Origin: Lama guanicoe
Lineage: Eukaryota
DNA length: 64,000 bases
Direction of reading: 5' to 3'
Assembly (NCBI GenBank): GCA_013239625.1
Contig: MU054212.1
Location: 6,236,270 to 6,300,269 of the forward strand
This document shows, in pieces, positions 36,130-51,659 of the stretch (the stretch's first letter is position 1; every line of letters starts with the position of its first letter). The notes under the pieces are model-generated. The model saw nothing but the letters and a program-made list of their open reading frames with translations, had not been told where the DNA came from and made no database searches. The translations under genes were made by a program, and so were the position numbers.

Positions 36130-38159
36130 CTATTTAAGAAACAGGAAACACTTGCATTGCACATTATCAACATTAGAACAGAATCTCATTATCCATTAGC
36201 CGGGATTTGTGCGATTTATACCTCACTTTAGATTGAGTTTTGCAGAATTTCATGATCTTTGCCACATCATCAGCTGAAAACGAAGGTGCTGTGTCCTTGT
36301 TCATCGGTTGATATTATTAGCTGGGATTATGGCCTTGTGTTTTCCAGGCGGCAGAAATCTTTTAAGAGATGCTGCTAATTAACTATTAAATAAATGCTTG
36401 GATGACGTTATCTTCATAACAGATAAGCTACTTGGAAATTGCTTTCAATAAAATGGAATGAGTTAACTTTCTATTTTTGTTAACCTTTGCCTGTCTGCTC
36501 TAAATCTCAGAACACTATACTGTGTACTTTTTTTTTTTTAGACTTGTGCTCTCTAAAAACTTTTGTGAAAAGGAACTAGTAAAGAGATCTTCTCTGAACT
36601 AGCCTGTAGGAGATGCTCAAAATAACTTCTGATGTTCTGTCTGCTTTGAGACAAATCTGGCATGAATCTGCATCTGGTTGTTCTCGTAGGAAGATAAGGA
36701 AACCTAATGGAGGCAAATGCTTCAAGCCATAAGAAGTAAATCACATTATAATTTAGTGGGAATTACACATTCATTAAATTGTAGACTTCTTCAATGAGAA
36801 AATAAAGGAAAAACTAAAAAGAGCTAGGAAAATTTGGTGCCTTGGATTTTTTTAAGCTCTGACAGATTATTTCCTTGGACTGAACACTAAATATAGATGT
36901 CAATTGTAAGACGAAATGTAGGCTCTAGTTGTAAATATAAAAAAAGAGATTTCTTCAATGGTTAGATAAATACCAATATCTCAAGACATTTAACTTTTGG
37001 CAACATTTATTGTCTTTTCGAAATATTCTCTACTTAAAGACGAGTTTGTTTGCAAAAGCACAATTGGAATGGTTACTCAGTTTCTACTCACCAGTCCAAC
37101 AACATAAATATTTATGGAACCTGACCAGGGTGGGACAGACTGAGGGAGGGGTGGGGGGATCTCAGGGGACAGGACTAAGATAAATAAGATGTGAGAGCTT
37201 ATAATTCCGGGACAAAATGAGAAGCTTAGACCCCACATCACCTTCTGGAGGAGAATGGCCCTTGTGGTACCAAGCTGAGGGCACACAGTTCCAACAGTGT
37301 TGAGGACGGGGCCAGGGAAGGCCTTCACGGGACAGAGACCAGGAGAATGAGCAAAAGGCTGCTGTAACATCAGAGAAGAAAGGAGAGGTTAAATCCACTA
37401 ACCAACCCAGGAACTCACTCACCTATCAACAACCAACGGGTGTTACTGAACACGCGCTAAACCAGCATTGCTGTGCTGGGTCAGCGGAGGAGACACACAG
37501 AGGAGTAAGACCCAGCTCTTGACTCAGAAAAGGAAACTAAATCCCAGCTCTTTCCTTCTGGTTAAAAGGGTCCAACCTTGTTGGTTCATTAGCTCTTTAT
37601 GGCCCGGGAGGTGTAACAGGATTGAGTATTTAGGGCTGTGTGACTGCATAGGTTGCCTGTCCAGGAAACTGGCCTTGTACTTACTATCATATGGGGTGCG
37701 GACCCCATATTTCTTATACCCTGGCAACAGCTTAACTCTTAGTGAATCACGTGGCCATGAAGAACGAACCTAGATGACCTCAAGGTGCTAGCCCCCACCA
37801 GCATTTCCAAAGCATGGTCTGAGGAATGTTGGAGAAATATCGGGTTAAATATAGTCAAACAGGTTTTCATTGCAAATCTTTCAGAGCCTTTAACATGCTA
37901 ACGTACACTAGGCACCTCCAGAAGGTGCAGTATAATATGCAGCATTTCTCAAAAAATTTTGAGGGCTTTGAGACAACTGAAAATACAGGCAAGAATAAGG
38001 ATGTGATCCCAGAGAGTTACAGGAGGTCGTCCAGGGGTTCTAAGTCACAGTGACCTTCTGCCCTGTGAGCTCCCAGAGCACGTGTCCTAGCATCAGAGCA
38101 TGGACCCTGGGCCAGAAGGCCTTGGATTTGAATCCAGAATGGGCCACAAGTAAGTGACG

Positions 38160-38303
38160 CTTTTATTATTGTATTATTCAATTATTTTACTTTGGGGGGA
38201 GGTAATTAGGTTTATTTATTTTTAGAGGAGGTACTGGGGATTGAACTCAGGACCATCAACATACTAAGTGTGTGCTCTACCACTTGACCTATACCCTCCC
38301 CCG
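38160..38303 (-). mobile_element. tRNA-Ala-derived SINE inserted in a MIR
   Basis: gaggtaattaggttt...ctataccctcccc. Confidence 0.85.
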
Positions 38304-41300
38304 TCTGCAGCCCTTTTAGACTCAGTTCCCTCAGGTATAAAAACAGGAATAATTCAGTGCTTTGTCTTTAATGCCACACCCATCACTGCTTTCAAAAAAT
38401 TCATAATCTGGTTTGGAGACAATAGAAATGAGCAATCATAGTCTGATATAAATAGATTTGCTCCAGTGTAAGAAGACTGACATTGTATCCGATGAATTCT
38501 AATCCATTTATATGAATGTTGACATGAAAGAAGGATGAATTGTGTTACAATAATGGTTGACAGTAGAGCCTTTTATGTTTTGCCCAGTATCACCCCTACC
38601 TGCTTAGTGAATGATGATAAGTAGCACTTGTTAATATTTTACAGTTTGCAAAATATTTCCATCCACATGTGTTTGTGTGCCCACTAACAATAAAAATTAT
38701 ATTTATTGTAATTAATGGTTGTACATGTGGAAAAAAATATGGGAATAGCAGTCATAGCTACCTCTTCTGACTTCCCTGTAAGTTAAATGAGACGGTGGTG
38801 CAAATGACTTCCTATATTCAATGAATGGAACAGAGTAAGTTCTCAATAAATGACTTTATTATTGTGTGGACTATCTGTAAGCCATCAGCTTGTGTCTTAT
38901 TCACCTAGAGTAGCGTTAGTACCCAGTCTGTGCAGAAAACTGAATGTCTGCCCCGCAAAGCACTTGCTGAATGAATGGATGGTTAGAAGGAATAGGTGTT
39001 ATTCCCACACTACATTTCCCCTCGTTTTTAAAGGGGCTTAATTCTATTTCAAAGAAAGAACTAAGTCTTTCTTTGAACCCAGTGGTCTGTTAAGAGCTTC
39101 ATGTATATCGGTGCATTTAGTTTCCATAAGCACACTCAGAGGCAGATGTCATTCTTCTTATTTTATAGGTAAGAGAATGATGTTACAGTCACACTGGTAA
39201 TAGAGGGCAGAATTGCGACCCAGATTCAGGACTGGCCAACTCCAAAGGTGTTAAATATTTGTCACTAGAAAAATAAACTCTCCCTCAGGATGTATCCTGA
39301 AGAAAAGTGTGGATGCCCGGGTGGGAGTCCAATCATACCTGTATGGGTGACATCTCCAAGCTCCCACTGTGCGTCTGTGCAGCTGAGGGTGCAGTGATGC
39401 AGAGGTCTGTGGCTCCATATTGGGTCCATCTCCTCATGGGTTTAGATTGTGAGTCTTCGAGAGGATGTTTGTCTGCGGCAGAGGTGTGGGTGTGAGGGTA
39501 TACACCTGCTGGATACCGGACTGTAAGGGAGCACCTCTGTCCCTCTCATTGATGGAGCAGCTGCACACAGAACCTCTCCAGAAGGACAAGAAAAGACTAT
39601 ATGCACATCTCAAGAGGAGCCTGATTGCAGGACCGGCTGTGGAATCAGAAGCCGTGCCCGGGAGCTCCAGGTTATGACAGGTAACAGGAAGTGACCCGGT
39701 GGCCATGACCGTCTGGGTGCGGTGCCAGGGCTGAGAATCAGAGAATAACTGGGTGTTTGTCAACCTCAGAGGAAACAAGCCACCCTGTCTTCTAAACACC
39801 CTGGGAATCGGTCAGAGGCATGCCAGAGGGTGACTGGCCAGCTGATCAACATTTGATTGATACGAAAAGTACTTTCAGCCGTGTCTTCAGCATTCAGGCA
39901 GCTAGTAAGGGAAAGGCAAAAATTTTTACTGCTTGAGAATGACAGGAGGCCGGTTCCGCAAATTACTTCAATTAACAAACCAGACAGCCGCACGCCAGCC
40001 GTCCTTCCTCCTCCCACCTGCCTGCGAGATCCGTCCAGTCCCTCCACGGTGGTTCCCCTGGACGGCTCAGGCTGTGAGTAAGAACATGTTTATGAAAATC
40101 AGGTTAGAGAATGTTTTCAGGCATCAGAATGGGCTGGTAGAAAGGGAGCAAAAAGGGAGTTCGGGGAAATGTGAAATTTGGGCTAAGTCTGGGTGGAGAT
40201 CCAAGAAGTCAGGGAAAGAGGTGGGAGAAGAAACCCAGACGGGGGGTGGAGGGCAGGGCAGGTGGGGCGCTTCATTTCAGGGACCACCGAGGCCTGCAGC
40301 TGAGTCAGGACGGGAGACACCGGGTCTGCAAAGGGATAACCCGCAGCCTGGAAGCAGGGTGTTAGGATTGCTGGGGGCAAGCCGGCATCACCTGCTCATC
40401 TCTAGCAACAACTACTGATTTCTTTACCCTCTTCCTAACACTGACACTGAATGACAGTCAGGAGGGGACGGAGCCAATGGACAGAGATGGATGCTCTAAA
40501 AATGACCAATTTTGGCAATATGGTAAAGCAAAAAACCCCCCAAAAACAAAGAAACCAAAAAACAAACACACCTCTCTCAGAGAAGCCAGCCTGGGTTAAA
40601 TAATAACGTACCTAATGGCTAACCGAGTAAGGAAACGTGTGCTTCATTTTCCCGTTCCATATTTCAAAATGTTGTTCTGCTGCTGTTATCTGTGAAAGGT
40701 AAGTTAGTTATTGGAACCTTCCAAATGAGCTATCAATTATTAACCAACGCATGGATGCCAGTACCTTATGTTACTGTAATAAGTGGTTTTCCCACAGGTC
40801 GTCTGCCAGCACGAATAACTTCCACATCTTTCCATCATCCAGGATGACAAATACAGGGAGACTTTACTACCTTCAAATGTGCCCCAGACACCTGGTGTAC
40901 GCAGCGCGCACCACGCGTACCTCTTTTCATCGTATTTCAGTGATCGGTGAATCCTGCGGGAAAATGAGATTGTTCAGAGTGGAGCACAGGTCACACAAAC
41001 ACTGTTCCTCACCTTGCGAGATGGGGGCCATCCTGGTTTCCGGTTTTGCTTCAGTGATAATTTACATGGTTAGACTTTTCAACTTCAGGCAGGGCGAATA
41101 GGATGCACGTGTAGAACCAGCGTAAGTCTACTGTCTTCACGAAGACCAGGGACCTAAAGTGAGGGCCCTTCTTGTGTAGGACGGGAGTAACATAAACAGA
41201 AACATGGAACCAGGATAATCAACCATTTCACAACGTGAAGGACAGTGTTCCGGTGACCACTCTCAGAATAACCCCATTTTCCCATGGGATCCACGAATCA

Positions 41301-41699
41301 CTGAAATCTGATAACAACAGGTAAGTATGGTTATATGAAAACTTTAATTGGTAATTGTACTATTTCAAGATGGCAACCTAATCTCTGAAACTGAAATTTC
41401 AACTGAAATTAAATTGAAATTACTGATAGTTTGCTGGATTCGGAAAGTCAGTCATCTCCTTAAAAGCTGGGTTGAAAAGAGACCCTTTTGTCAAAAACTG
41501 GCAGTGGTAAGAAGCACAGAGAATGAAGCATAAATGTAGTTACTCCAGAACTGAAGTTTGACGTTCTCTTTGTTAGAATCCATCTTTTCTTTGTTTTACC
41601 TTCCAGGATCAATTAGGGATATTCATGGTTTGATTGTTAAGGTGGAGGAGGATTGAGAGAAATGTACTTTCTCAATCCTCACTTGAAAGTCAACTTCAT

Positions 41700-41917
41700 T
41701 TATTTTTTTTAATGCTTTTTTGCGGGAAGGGGTGGAGGTAATTAAGTTCATTTAATTTTTTTTTAAAACAACTTTATTGTGGTATAATTTCTGTATAATA
41801 AACCACATATTTCAGATGTACAATTTGATAAATTTTGATAGATATGATTCTTTTTTAATAGAGGTGCTGGAGGTGGACCCCAGGGCCTCGCGCATACCAC
41901 TTGAGATATACCCTCCC
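41700..41917 (-). mobile_element. Degenerate SINE interrupted by a short L1 3' tip
   Basis: SINE tail (ggaggtaattaag) and head (gagatataccctccc) separated by actttattgtggtataattt... Confidence 0.6.
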
Positions 41918-43834
41918 GTGAAAGTCAACTGCAGTGTAAAGATACTTGATAAATTTTGGTTTTGGTTGAGGGTTTTTGTTACTGAAAAAAACGAATCAAT
42001 GGAATTAAAAAAAAAAAAAGGACAACTTTCTTTATGCAAGAGCTTCTGATTTGCACCAGTGACTTTCAAAATTCCAGAGACTCAGGACCCAGAAGGAGCA
42101 AGGTATCTGGCAGGTCAGTTTTGCAATTTGAGAATCTCTCTCTCCTCTTCTTAGTGGAAATATGGCTTGAAAAAACTGTACCATGCCCCACTTTTGAATT
42201 CCTTGTCTTTTTTGAGCCACTTCTATCTGTTTATCTAACTTTAGGGTTCAAATGCCTTTGGATAGCTAATGAAAGTGGAAAAGTGATTAATGGAATATAG
42301 AGACCACCAACATGGCTGGATTTAAAATTTATCTCTACTAATCCTGGACTCATCGAGTTGACGAGCAATCGGTGGACAATTAGCTGGTTGGGAAAGCCCG
42401 ACCTCCTGTGGCCATGTTTAGTACTACACCTACCTCTCCACGTACGTGCCCGAGTCTGTACTCTTCCTGGAGACACCCTGTATACGGTGGGATGAATTGC
42501 GTGTATGCTACGTGTGGATTTTTTGTTTTTAAACATTTTTTCGTCTTACACCATCTCAGTATCTCCACTGAGTCATCGCTCTTGATCAAAAAGCAGGAGA
42601 CATGCGCAGAGTCTCCATTTTATAAGCAAGGGAGGTTTCTTTTGATTTCCAGCTAAAACTGACTAGGAATGTCAGTTCAAGATCAACTATTTTTAGCCTC
42701 AGAAGAAAGAAAGGAAGTTGGAGGACCAGGGTAGGGTCTTCCATGTGCTGAAGAAAATCAGTAAGTGTCATTTTTAAAAGTTAAAAGTTGAGGAAATTGG
42801 GAGACAGTGTTGTAGTGGAATGAATACAAAAAGGGGGAAACAGATTTTGATTCTAGCTTTGGTTCTGTCACAAAATGTAGGCAATCTGGGGGGAGGGGTC
42901 GTCATTTACCCTCCAAGGATTTCATTCTTATAAAGTTAGGGGATTGGACCAGATCATTTCCTCTGGCTCTAAACTTCTGTCATCAGCCCACGGATAGTAT
43001 TTCCTATGTCCTGCACAATATCTCCTCCCCAGCTGTGCTTCCGAGCACAAAGAAACCGTTTATCTCTATCCATCACTGGCTCTGGTCCTGATATCACTCT
43101 TAGCTTAGGTCACTCAACCGTATCTACCACTCCTCAATTGCCTGTGTCTCTTAGAGCCAATATCTGAGTCAACCTACAGAAACACACTGATCTTTTCTAG
43201 TTCACTTTATACCCATTAAAAAACTGAACTTTTGGCCTAATTAAACTGTTAGAAGAAAAATTTATTCATCGGCAATGGATGCAGACTCAATCTGAGATCT
43301 CTATAAACAAGTTCATATCTTGCTCTCTTTTAGTCTCCTTAGAGATTTTATGATGAATACAGATTTAATTTGTCATTCTTTTGACTTCTCTTTGCTTGTT
43401 ATCCTGCAGGCTGCAGGGTCTTGATCTTGATGGCACAAAGGCTGATGGCCACCAGGAACCTGATGGCATTCGTAGGGTCACTCAGTAGCACCCCGAGTAG
43501 CATTACTTTTGAAGATATAACAGTGAAGACATAAGCCAGCCCTTCAACCCTCCCCCAGAGCCCTCAGTAAGATGGTTTGAAACAATTTCATGCTATTTTG
43601 AATACAATAAAAGCTCTCTTAACGAACCTCCACTTGCCAACGTCTCTGTAAAACTTACAGGTGGCTGCTGCAGTGTGCTGAACGCTTGCTCGTGGCTTGC
43701 TCTAGTGCCCCCGACCACTTCTGCTCACTGTTACGCTAACTGTAATTACATCAATTAAACTATACATAAGCCAAAGAGATACGAATTTCTGTTATCTTTC
43801 TTTTCTCTATACAAACACGTGTAATTATTTAAAA

Positions 43835-44055
43835 TTAAAAAACTTTAATTGTAGTTGATTTACATTGTTAGTTTCAGACGTACAACAAACTGATTCAGTT
43901 ATATATATACCTTCAGATTCTTTCCCATCATAAGTTATTACAAGATATTGAATATAGTTCCCTGTGCTGTACAGTAGGTCTTTGTTGTTTCTCTATTTTA
44001 TATATAATAGTGTGTATCTCTTAATCCCAAGTTTGTAATTTATCCCTCTTCCCCT
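43835..44055 (-). mobile_element. L1 3' end
   Basis: ttattacaagatattgaatatagttccctgtgct. Confidence 0.75.
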
Positions 44056-44350
44056 TAATTTAATTTTTTAAAGCTCACCTATAGTCCATCTCTATTTGCC
44101 TTTCGTCCTAACTGCTGATCACACAGGCACTAGATTCTCTTTGAATGCCATCAGGTGACCTGGATGCCAGTTTCTTCCATTTGTGATAGCCATGTCTTCA
44201 CTCTCTTGTTAATGTGGAGTGGCTTTGCAGTCTTCACAGTCCTTCAGACAAATTTTCTTCTTCATGAGGATGGGAAAGAAAAGGTCTAGAAAACTCTGCA
44301 CTAGGTCCTACTCACTGAGGAATGATTACAAGAAGAGCAATTTTTAACAT

Positions 44351-44356
44351 TTTATT
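44351..44356 (-). terminator. GAREM1: GAREM1 distal poly(A) signal AATAAA
   Basis: tttatt on +; downstream on - reads ttgctcttcttgt. Confidence 0.6.
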
Positions 44357-47300
44357 TATAGACATTTCAGAACCATTTAAATCAACAACAGTTTTTGTTT
44401 TAGACATAACATACCATGTTTATCTTGAGGTACACAATGGGCCCATGGATAATGCTCTGGAAATAATGCAACTGTTAACTGGTAGTGAACAACCCCAGTT
44501 TTCCAAGCAAAGAGACTGTAAAGATGGTTACAAAATCCTTGGAAAAGAAAATACCACTTTTATAGAAGTCGAGGAAAACTCCCAAATGTTTGATTACGTG
44601 AGTTCAATTTCTAGGCTTTATTTTAAATGGAACTTCATATGAAAGTGGGAGAAGGGGTTTATAGCTGAGAGGTGATCCGAGCCCTATGACATGAGATTGT
44701 AAATGAAGGAAATTCGTCCTCTGATAAGCTCATTACAAAATTCATAGCCTAAAAATTCGACAGAGCAGCAAAATGACAGAAGATATTGTTACCTAGTTTT
44801 AACAGGAATCACGTTTACCCTTTGTTTTTGGCTTTCACAATGAGACACATTTTAAAACACCATGTTTTGAAGACAAAATGATGTGATTCAATGAGAAGTG
44901 GCCGTAAGAATTCCACCACGTTACAAGCCCACAGTATAACAGTCTTACTTTCCATCATTGGCATCCTGGGCATTTTACTTTTCTTAGCCCTAGCAGCCTG
45001 GTGCCTTCCTGCTACTAGAAAGAGTGGGAATTGATATAATGGTCATAGTTTTTGAAGGTCTTGTGTGCCCAACAGCACACTTCACTTTTCTGGTGGACTG
45101 ACGTTGGAATTTTCTTTGAACAGTTCCCAAGGGTCTTGGGAGAACTGTCTCATTTTCCAGTTTATTATTCAAAACGTTAATTTCACACTCTTTAGGCATG
45201 ATGAGCAGCGATGCATTACACAAACTGTTTGGAAAAATGAAGGACCCTCAGTTGATCCCCCCCCCCCCCCGCTGAACGTCTGGAGGAGCCGTGTGGACGA
45301 TGTGTAGGTGGTTCTGGAATGTGAGCAGAGGGCGTTTACACACATGTTGGAAAACAGTTGGAATGAACAGTCATAACATTTCCCCGTAAGATCGTCGTTT
45401 CATTTCTACATGAGACAAGAATAAACACTGCAATTTAGTCGAATGGGCAGCTCGCTGCAACTTCATAAGCTTGAATGGTGTATGTGGGTTCAAAGCGTCT
45501 AAATGTAAATTTCACAGTTCATAAAGTTGAGCAGCTCAACTGAAAAGAGAGAACTTGCAGGCGTTTACGAGATTCTGAGAAGGAATTGATCTGAGTGTTT
45601 TGAGTTCTCGCTCCCAACATGAGTCGGGTCCACATTTTACATTTCAGCTGCTTGGTTTGGTTTATTGCTGATTTTTTCTGATGGGGGTCAACATGGTTTT
45701 AGCCGTGAACTTAAGGACCCAGAAAAGTCCTGTTTGGACACTTTCTCCCAAGCACAGGGGTCAGTACACAGACTGCAGGGAAGCTGCCAGATGGCCTGGT
45801 TGGTTAGAAAAGGTTCTGCCTGCGGGGATCTCTATCCACCGCTTTTTACTGCAAAACACAGCTCTCAGAAGGGAAAGGCTGTTCCCTCTCTCCCCATGTG
45901 GTGTTTCTCGTCATCATTCTCTGACTACGCCTGCGCTATCGATCAGGGTGCAGTGTGACTTTAGACATGCCAGAAGATATTTATTACCAATTTTAAAAAT
46001 TCCAATCAGTAAAAAAGAACACTAGCCACTGGGCATTAGAGATATTTCCTGCTTCTGACACTTTTCCAAGTTTTAATGGTCTTATGGTGTTTCTTTTATC
46101 CCTTTAATAGAGGATACTATTTCTTCGTCTGTGGATTCCTGAAAGTCCACACTTAACTCTCCGACTTAACATCCAACTGCCCAGAAGATTTCACGTCTCT
46201 CTTACACATCCCCAGTCTCAACAACTGTGATTTAAAATATAAACATTATGAGTTCCAAGAGAACTGTGTCTTTTTTTCCAGCACCGGCATGTCGTGCCAG
46301 CTTAATGCCCAGCGCAAAGAAGGTGCTCAGTAAATTTTGAGTACGTGAATGAAAGGCCATAGTCCTTGTCCTCAGGAGTCCCCACACTGCCACCAATATA
46401 AACCCAACATCCATACGCCAAGACAAAAAATAGAAATGACCTTGTGTCAAGTTCTTACGAAAGAAAAAGCAAAAAGAAAAAAGATAAAAGTAATCAGCTG
46501 TTTATGTGGGGCAACCTTGATAGGAAACTCAAGCCAACCCTGTTCCTCTCTGGAATTTGAGAATTGTGTCCAAGGGCTAAGTATTCATAACCGGATTCAG
46601 CAAAGTTTTGCCAAAGAAACCTTGCAACTTTTCAACCATACCTGTTTTTATTTTAAAGGAAAGTTCTGAGAGGTTAACTTTACTAAGGGAGTTGCCCCTC
46701 ACATAGAAGGATGCTTTCTTAGCATGCGAGTCACGGAGTCCAGTACCAGAAGCTTCTCCATAGATGTCAGTTACTTTTGAAGAGGTACCCGATTTGGACA
46801 AGTTTTATGGGGTACTCTGTTTATGGGGGCATTTCTAACCTAGAGTATAGTATTTACACTTTTGGAGATACGTTGGGGGAAAATGCCTTTAAAAAAAAAG
46901 ATTTAAGACGGAAAATGAGAATAGGTATCAATTCACCTGAATTCTAAACAATGAGCTGGATTAAAAATATCTTTAATGCTGAGAAATGAAGCCATACCAA
47001 ACAGGTCTGCAAAACTAGACTGGTGGGTCTTGTCTTTACAACTGGGTATTTATTTTGGTGAGCAGGAAGGACAAATAACCTACGGGTCAGTCCTGCAAGT
47101 CATGCTGACACCTGGTTGGCTGTCTGTACCTCCGGATTGTGGGGACAGACTCCGCAGGGGGAGGCAAGGCTATGGGTGATACCCTGCTCAGAGAACTAAA
47201 ACTTGTCTACGATTTATATTCCTTTAAAAAGTCAAGAACAATGTTGATGCTATTATATTTTGGAATATTTAATCATGTTTGGCAAAAACTGTCAGACTGG

Positions 47301-48431
47301 GTCCTGAGATTCTTGGAATGAAGTATAGCATTCATGTATCTTCTTCGGAAGAGAGGGAAGAAGAGGTGTATGAACTAAACAAGTACCTCCCACTGATACT
47401 TTAAAAATTACTCGACAGATGTAGCACAGCTAATAACAGAAGATGGTGCATCTGATTTCTGAGCTCTCCTGAAACACCAAGCACGTTGTGAACACCTAAC
47501 AGGCTCTGAGAACCGCTCTCCAGACCCCTCACCATCAGACACCAGGAGAATAAGACCCTTAAACCAGAGGAGAATTATCACTCGGCAGAAACTGTCATTT
47601 CCCCAGACATCGGCATGGGGATATTCTATGCAAAACTCAGCCTGTAATATGTTTAAAATCAAATTTAATTCTTCACTACAGACTCTGTACTGATTTGTTC
47701 CAAGTTTGCCATGACAAAGTCTGAAAAACTGCGCTCCGAGGGACAGGGTTATGAGAATCTTTGGAATCATTCTGTCCACTCTTCCTCAAAGAGTCAGCTT
47801 AGTTAATTACCAGCCCCAAACCTCAGTGGATATTTGAAAGTGAACAGATGTTACCTAAAATATCAGGCCCATAATGATGTTTAAAACATATACGTTTGTA
47901 TTGTGTATAGATATATACCTACATGTATATATTCTGTTTTTTTCTCTGCTTGATAAAATTAGCAGCAGTTACAGGTAAATTATTGTGGTCATGATCTGTA
48001 TTATTTCTAAGGACGTCACAGATCCTCTACCAGCACATGACTTTTAGAAAACGTCTTTTGATAAAAAGATCCCCACTGAGCACATAACATTGAAGTGTCA
48101 TTTCATATCACTAACATTTTCAGGCACAAGAGTCAAACATTAGCATTTGAGCAATCCAAACAACAGAGCACAGGAGAGAGTTAATAATCTAAAGATGATT
48201 CTCCCAAAGGAGGGAATTGTTCAAAAGTGGTTGTTTGTTTTTTGTTTTTTGTTTGTTTTAAAGATTCTGATGTCATTCAGCTTTGGCTATTTTGTAAATA
48301 AATATCACCTTCTCACATAAACCTACTTGGGTAAGAATTATTTCTCTGAACATGCCTTTTGTCTTTTAGCAGCTGTTGAGTGTTGAGTGAGGTACAAGGC
48401 ACACCTCTAAGTAAGTGTTCTGTACAGCATT

Positions 48432-48437
48432 TTTATT
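48432..48437 (-). terminator. GAREM1: GAREM1 candidate proximal poly(A) signal AATAAA
   Basis: - strand tattttTGTAcatcAATAAAaatgcTGTAca; UGUA elements on both sides. Confidence 0.45.
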
Positions 48438-48559
48438 GATGTACAAAATAGCCTGTTCACCATTCAAAAACGTTAATCTGCATAGTAAGAGTTTTCTCTT
48501 ATCCCTATTTACAGAGAAGGTTTTTAGTGCAAAAAACAGGAACCTGGGTCCCAGCCCGC

Positions 48560-49556
<997 letters not shown>

Positions 49557-49704
49557 TCAATAGGTAATTATAGTTATGAACACAGGGTTTTAACATGCTA
49601 CAGCAGAGATGGCAAATAGGAAAAACAAAACAGCATAAATTTAACGAACAAGAACATCATTGTTAGTGGGTGCCTGGATCTTTAAGACAAGAAAAAAAAC
49701 CCTA

Positions 49705-49815
49705 TTTTAGGAGGTAATTAGGTTTAACTTATTTACTTGACGAAGGTACCGGGGATCGAACCGAGAACCTCGATGCATGCTAAGCATGCACCCTGCTGGT
49801 TGAGCTATACCCTCT
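49705..49815 (-). mobile_element. tRNA-Ala-derived SINE (vic-1-like)
   Basis: ggggatcgaaccgagaacctcgatgcatgctaagcatgc...gagctataccctc. Confidence 0.85.
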
Positions 49816-50871
49816 CTACCTTTCCACGAAAAGCAAATTCTTAAGCCCTGTTTGGGCTTATCACCAACAGGCACAGGGGATGATGAGTGATGTCTGCTGC
49901 CGGCAAGGGTGGAGTGACAGCAGTAAATGGTGTCTCGCTGCAGTGACAGGACTACATTACTGCCACTGATGACCCTATTACCAGCCAAGAGTCTGAGGCT
50001 GGAAGAAATGCTTTGAATACAATAATTATGCTTGCCTTGGTTTCTGTACAATCACGTAACATCAGCATAAAGATTTAACTGTCCAGGGAACACAAGGACA
50101 CGTGAAGGAGAGCTACTTTGACCTGTCATGATCACACGCGGAGTAGTGAATTCAGCTCTGGGGCCACATCTTAAGAGCGACAGAGACCACGGAGTGTGCT
50201 CAGAGGTGGGTGACGGGGGGACAGCTGGTGGAACTGAGGCTGTCCCTTTTGGAGAAGAGAAGACTTCCATCCTAGCTGACCTCACGTTTTCACAGGCTGG
50301 CCAAGAGAAGCGGGGCAGACCTACGTTTGTTTTTCTAGACATAAGAAATAGCTGAAAGTTACATGAAGATAGATTTCAACTGGATGTAATGAAAGATTTC
50401 TAAAAAACAGTTATTGGCGTGTGCCAACCGTGGAATGAGCTCACGGCACTGGAAGGACCCAGACAGAAGCAGAAGACTGCCTGACAGTGATGGTCAGGAA
50501 GGGATCCTGGCGCTGGGTGGAAACTCAGTGCGAGAGCCCACAGGACCCCTGCAATTCCATTTCCTCCTTGAAGGTGCTATCTGCTTGCGTGACGCCAAAG
50601 TGGAGAGAACCAGATGCTAGCCTTGACTGCTGAATTCCTCAGATTCTGCATCTTCCTAGGTCACTGGTGCTTTCATCCTAGCTCAAAACCAACAGGGACA
50701 CATCAAGCTCTTCCAGTAAAATTATAAAAAAAAAAAAGTTTTTTTTTTTTTTTTAAAGAAAATTTCCTCTTCTACCACCCTACATGACGGCTCCTGGACA
50801 CTGTTCTCAAGAACCGGGGACCTGGCTGATAAGAGGAACCGTGGTGACCTGGGCTCTGGCGGTAGGACTTA

Positions 50872-51111
<240 letters not shown>

Positions 51112-51496
51112 TCAAGTGGCTACTCCTACAGCGACACCAGCGGGGCTGGGGGGAGGGGAGAGAAGACCTGCGCAAACAAGGACGATAGGAAACACGAGGC
51201 TGCCAGAGACGAAACCCGCCACGGATGTGCTGGGACAGAGCGATTTTCAAAGAAGATGTTTGTGCAATTACTGCTGAAATGTGCAAGTAATGTGACAGTA
51301 CGGTGAGAAGTCAGTGATACGCTGAGAATGTAGGAAACAAGGAAAATAAGGGCGTAAGCAATCATGGTCTTAATAAGAGGATTACGTTTTCCGGGGGAGG
51401 TGGGTTTTTTCATTGTTCAAACTGAATTCGATTTGATGCAAACCTTAGGGAATGGTGGACCTTCTCTACTGTAAACGCTCCTTCTGAGGTCAGGTT

Positions 51497-51659
51497 CAGG
51501 GCTTCTCACAGGTAAACGTGCACATGAATTCCCTGGGGATCTTGTTACAGGCAGGTTCTGACTCAGCAGACCCAGGGTGGAGCCTGAGATTCTGCAGTTC
51601 TAACAAGCTACTGGGTGGTGCGGATGCTGCCAGTCAACGACTGCAGTTCGAGAAACCAG
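51497..51659. mobile_element. MER5A-like hAT MITE
   Basis: gggtggagcctgagattctgcagttctaacaagct. Confidence 0.75.

Noticed and set aside
39933..40418. 161-aa ORF (also 32301-32762, 56036-56563, 56202-56714)
   Set aside because: Weak or non-ATG starts, low-complexity composition, no homology I recognise, no splice support.
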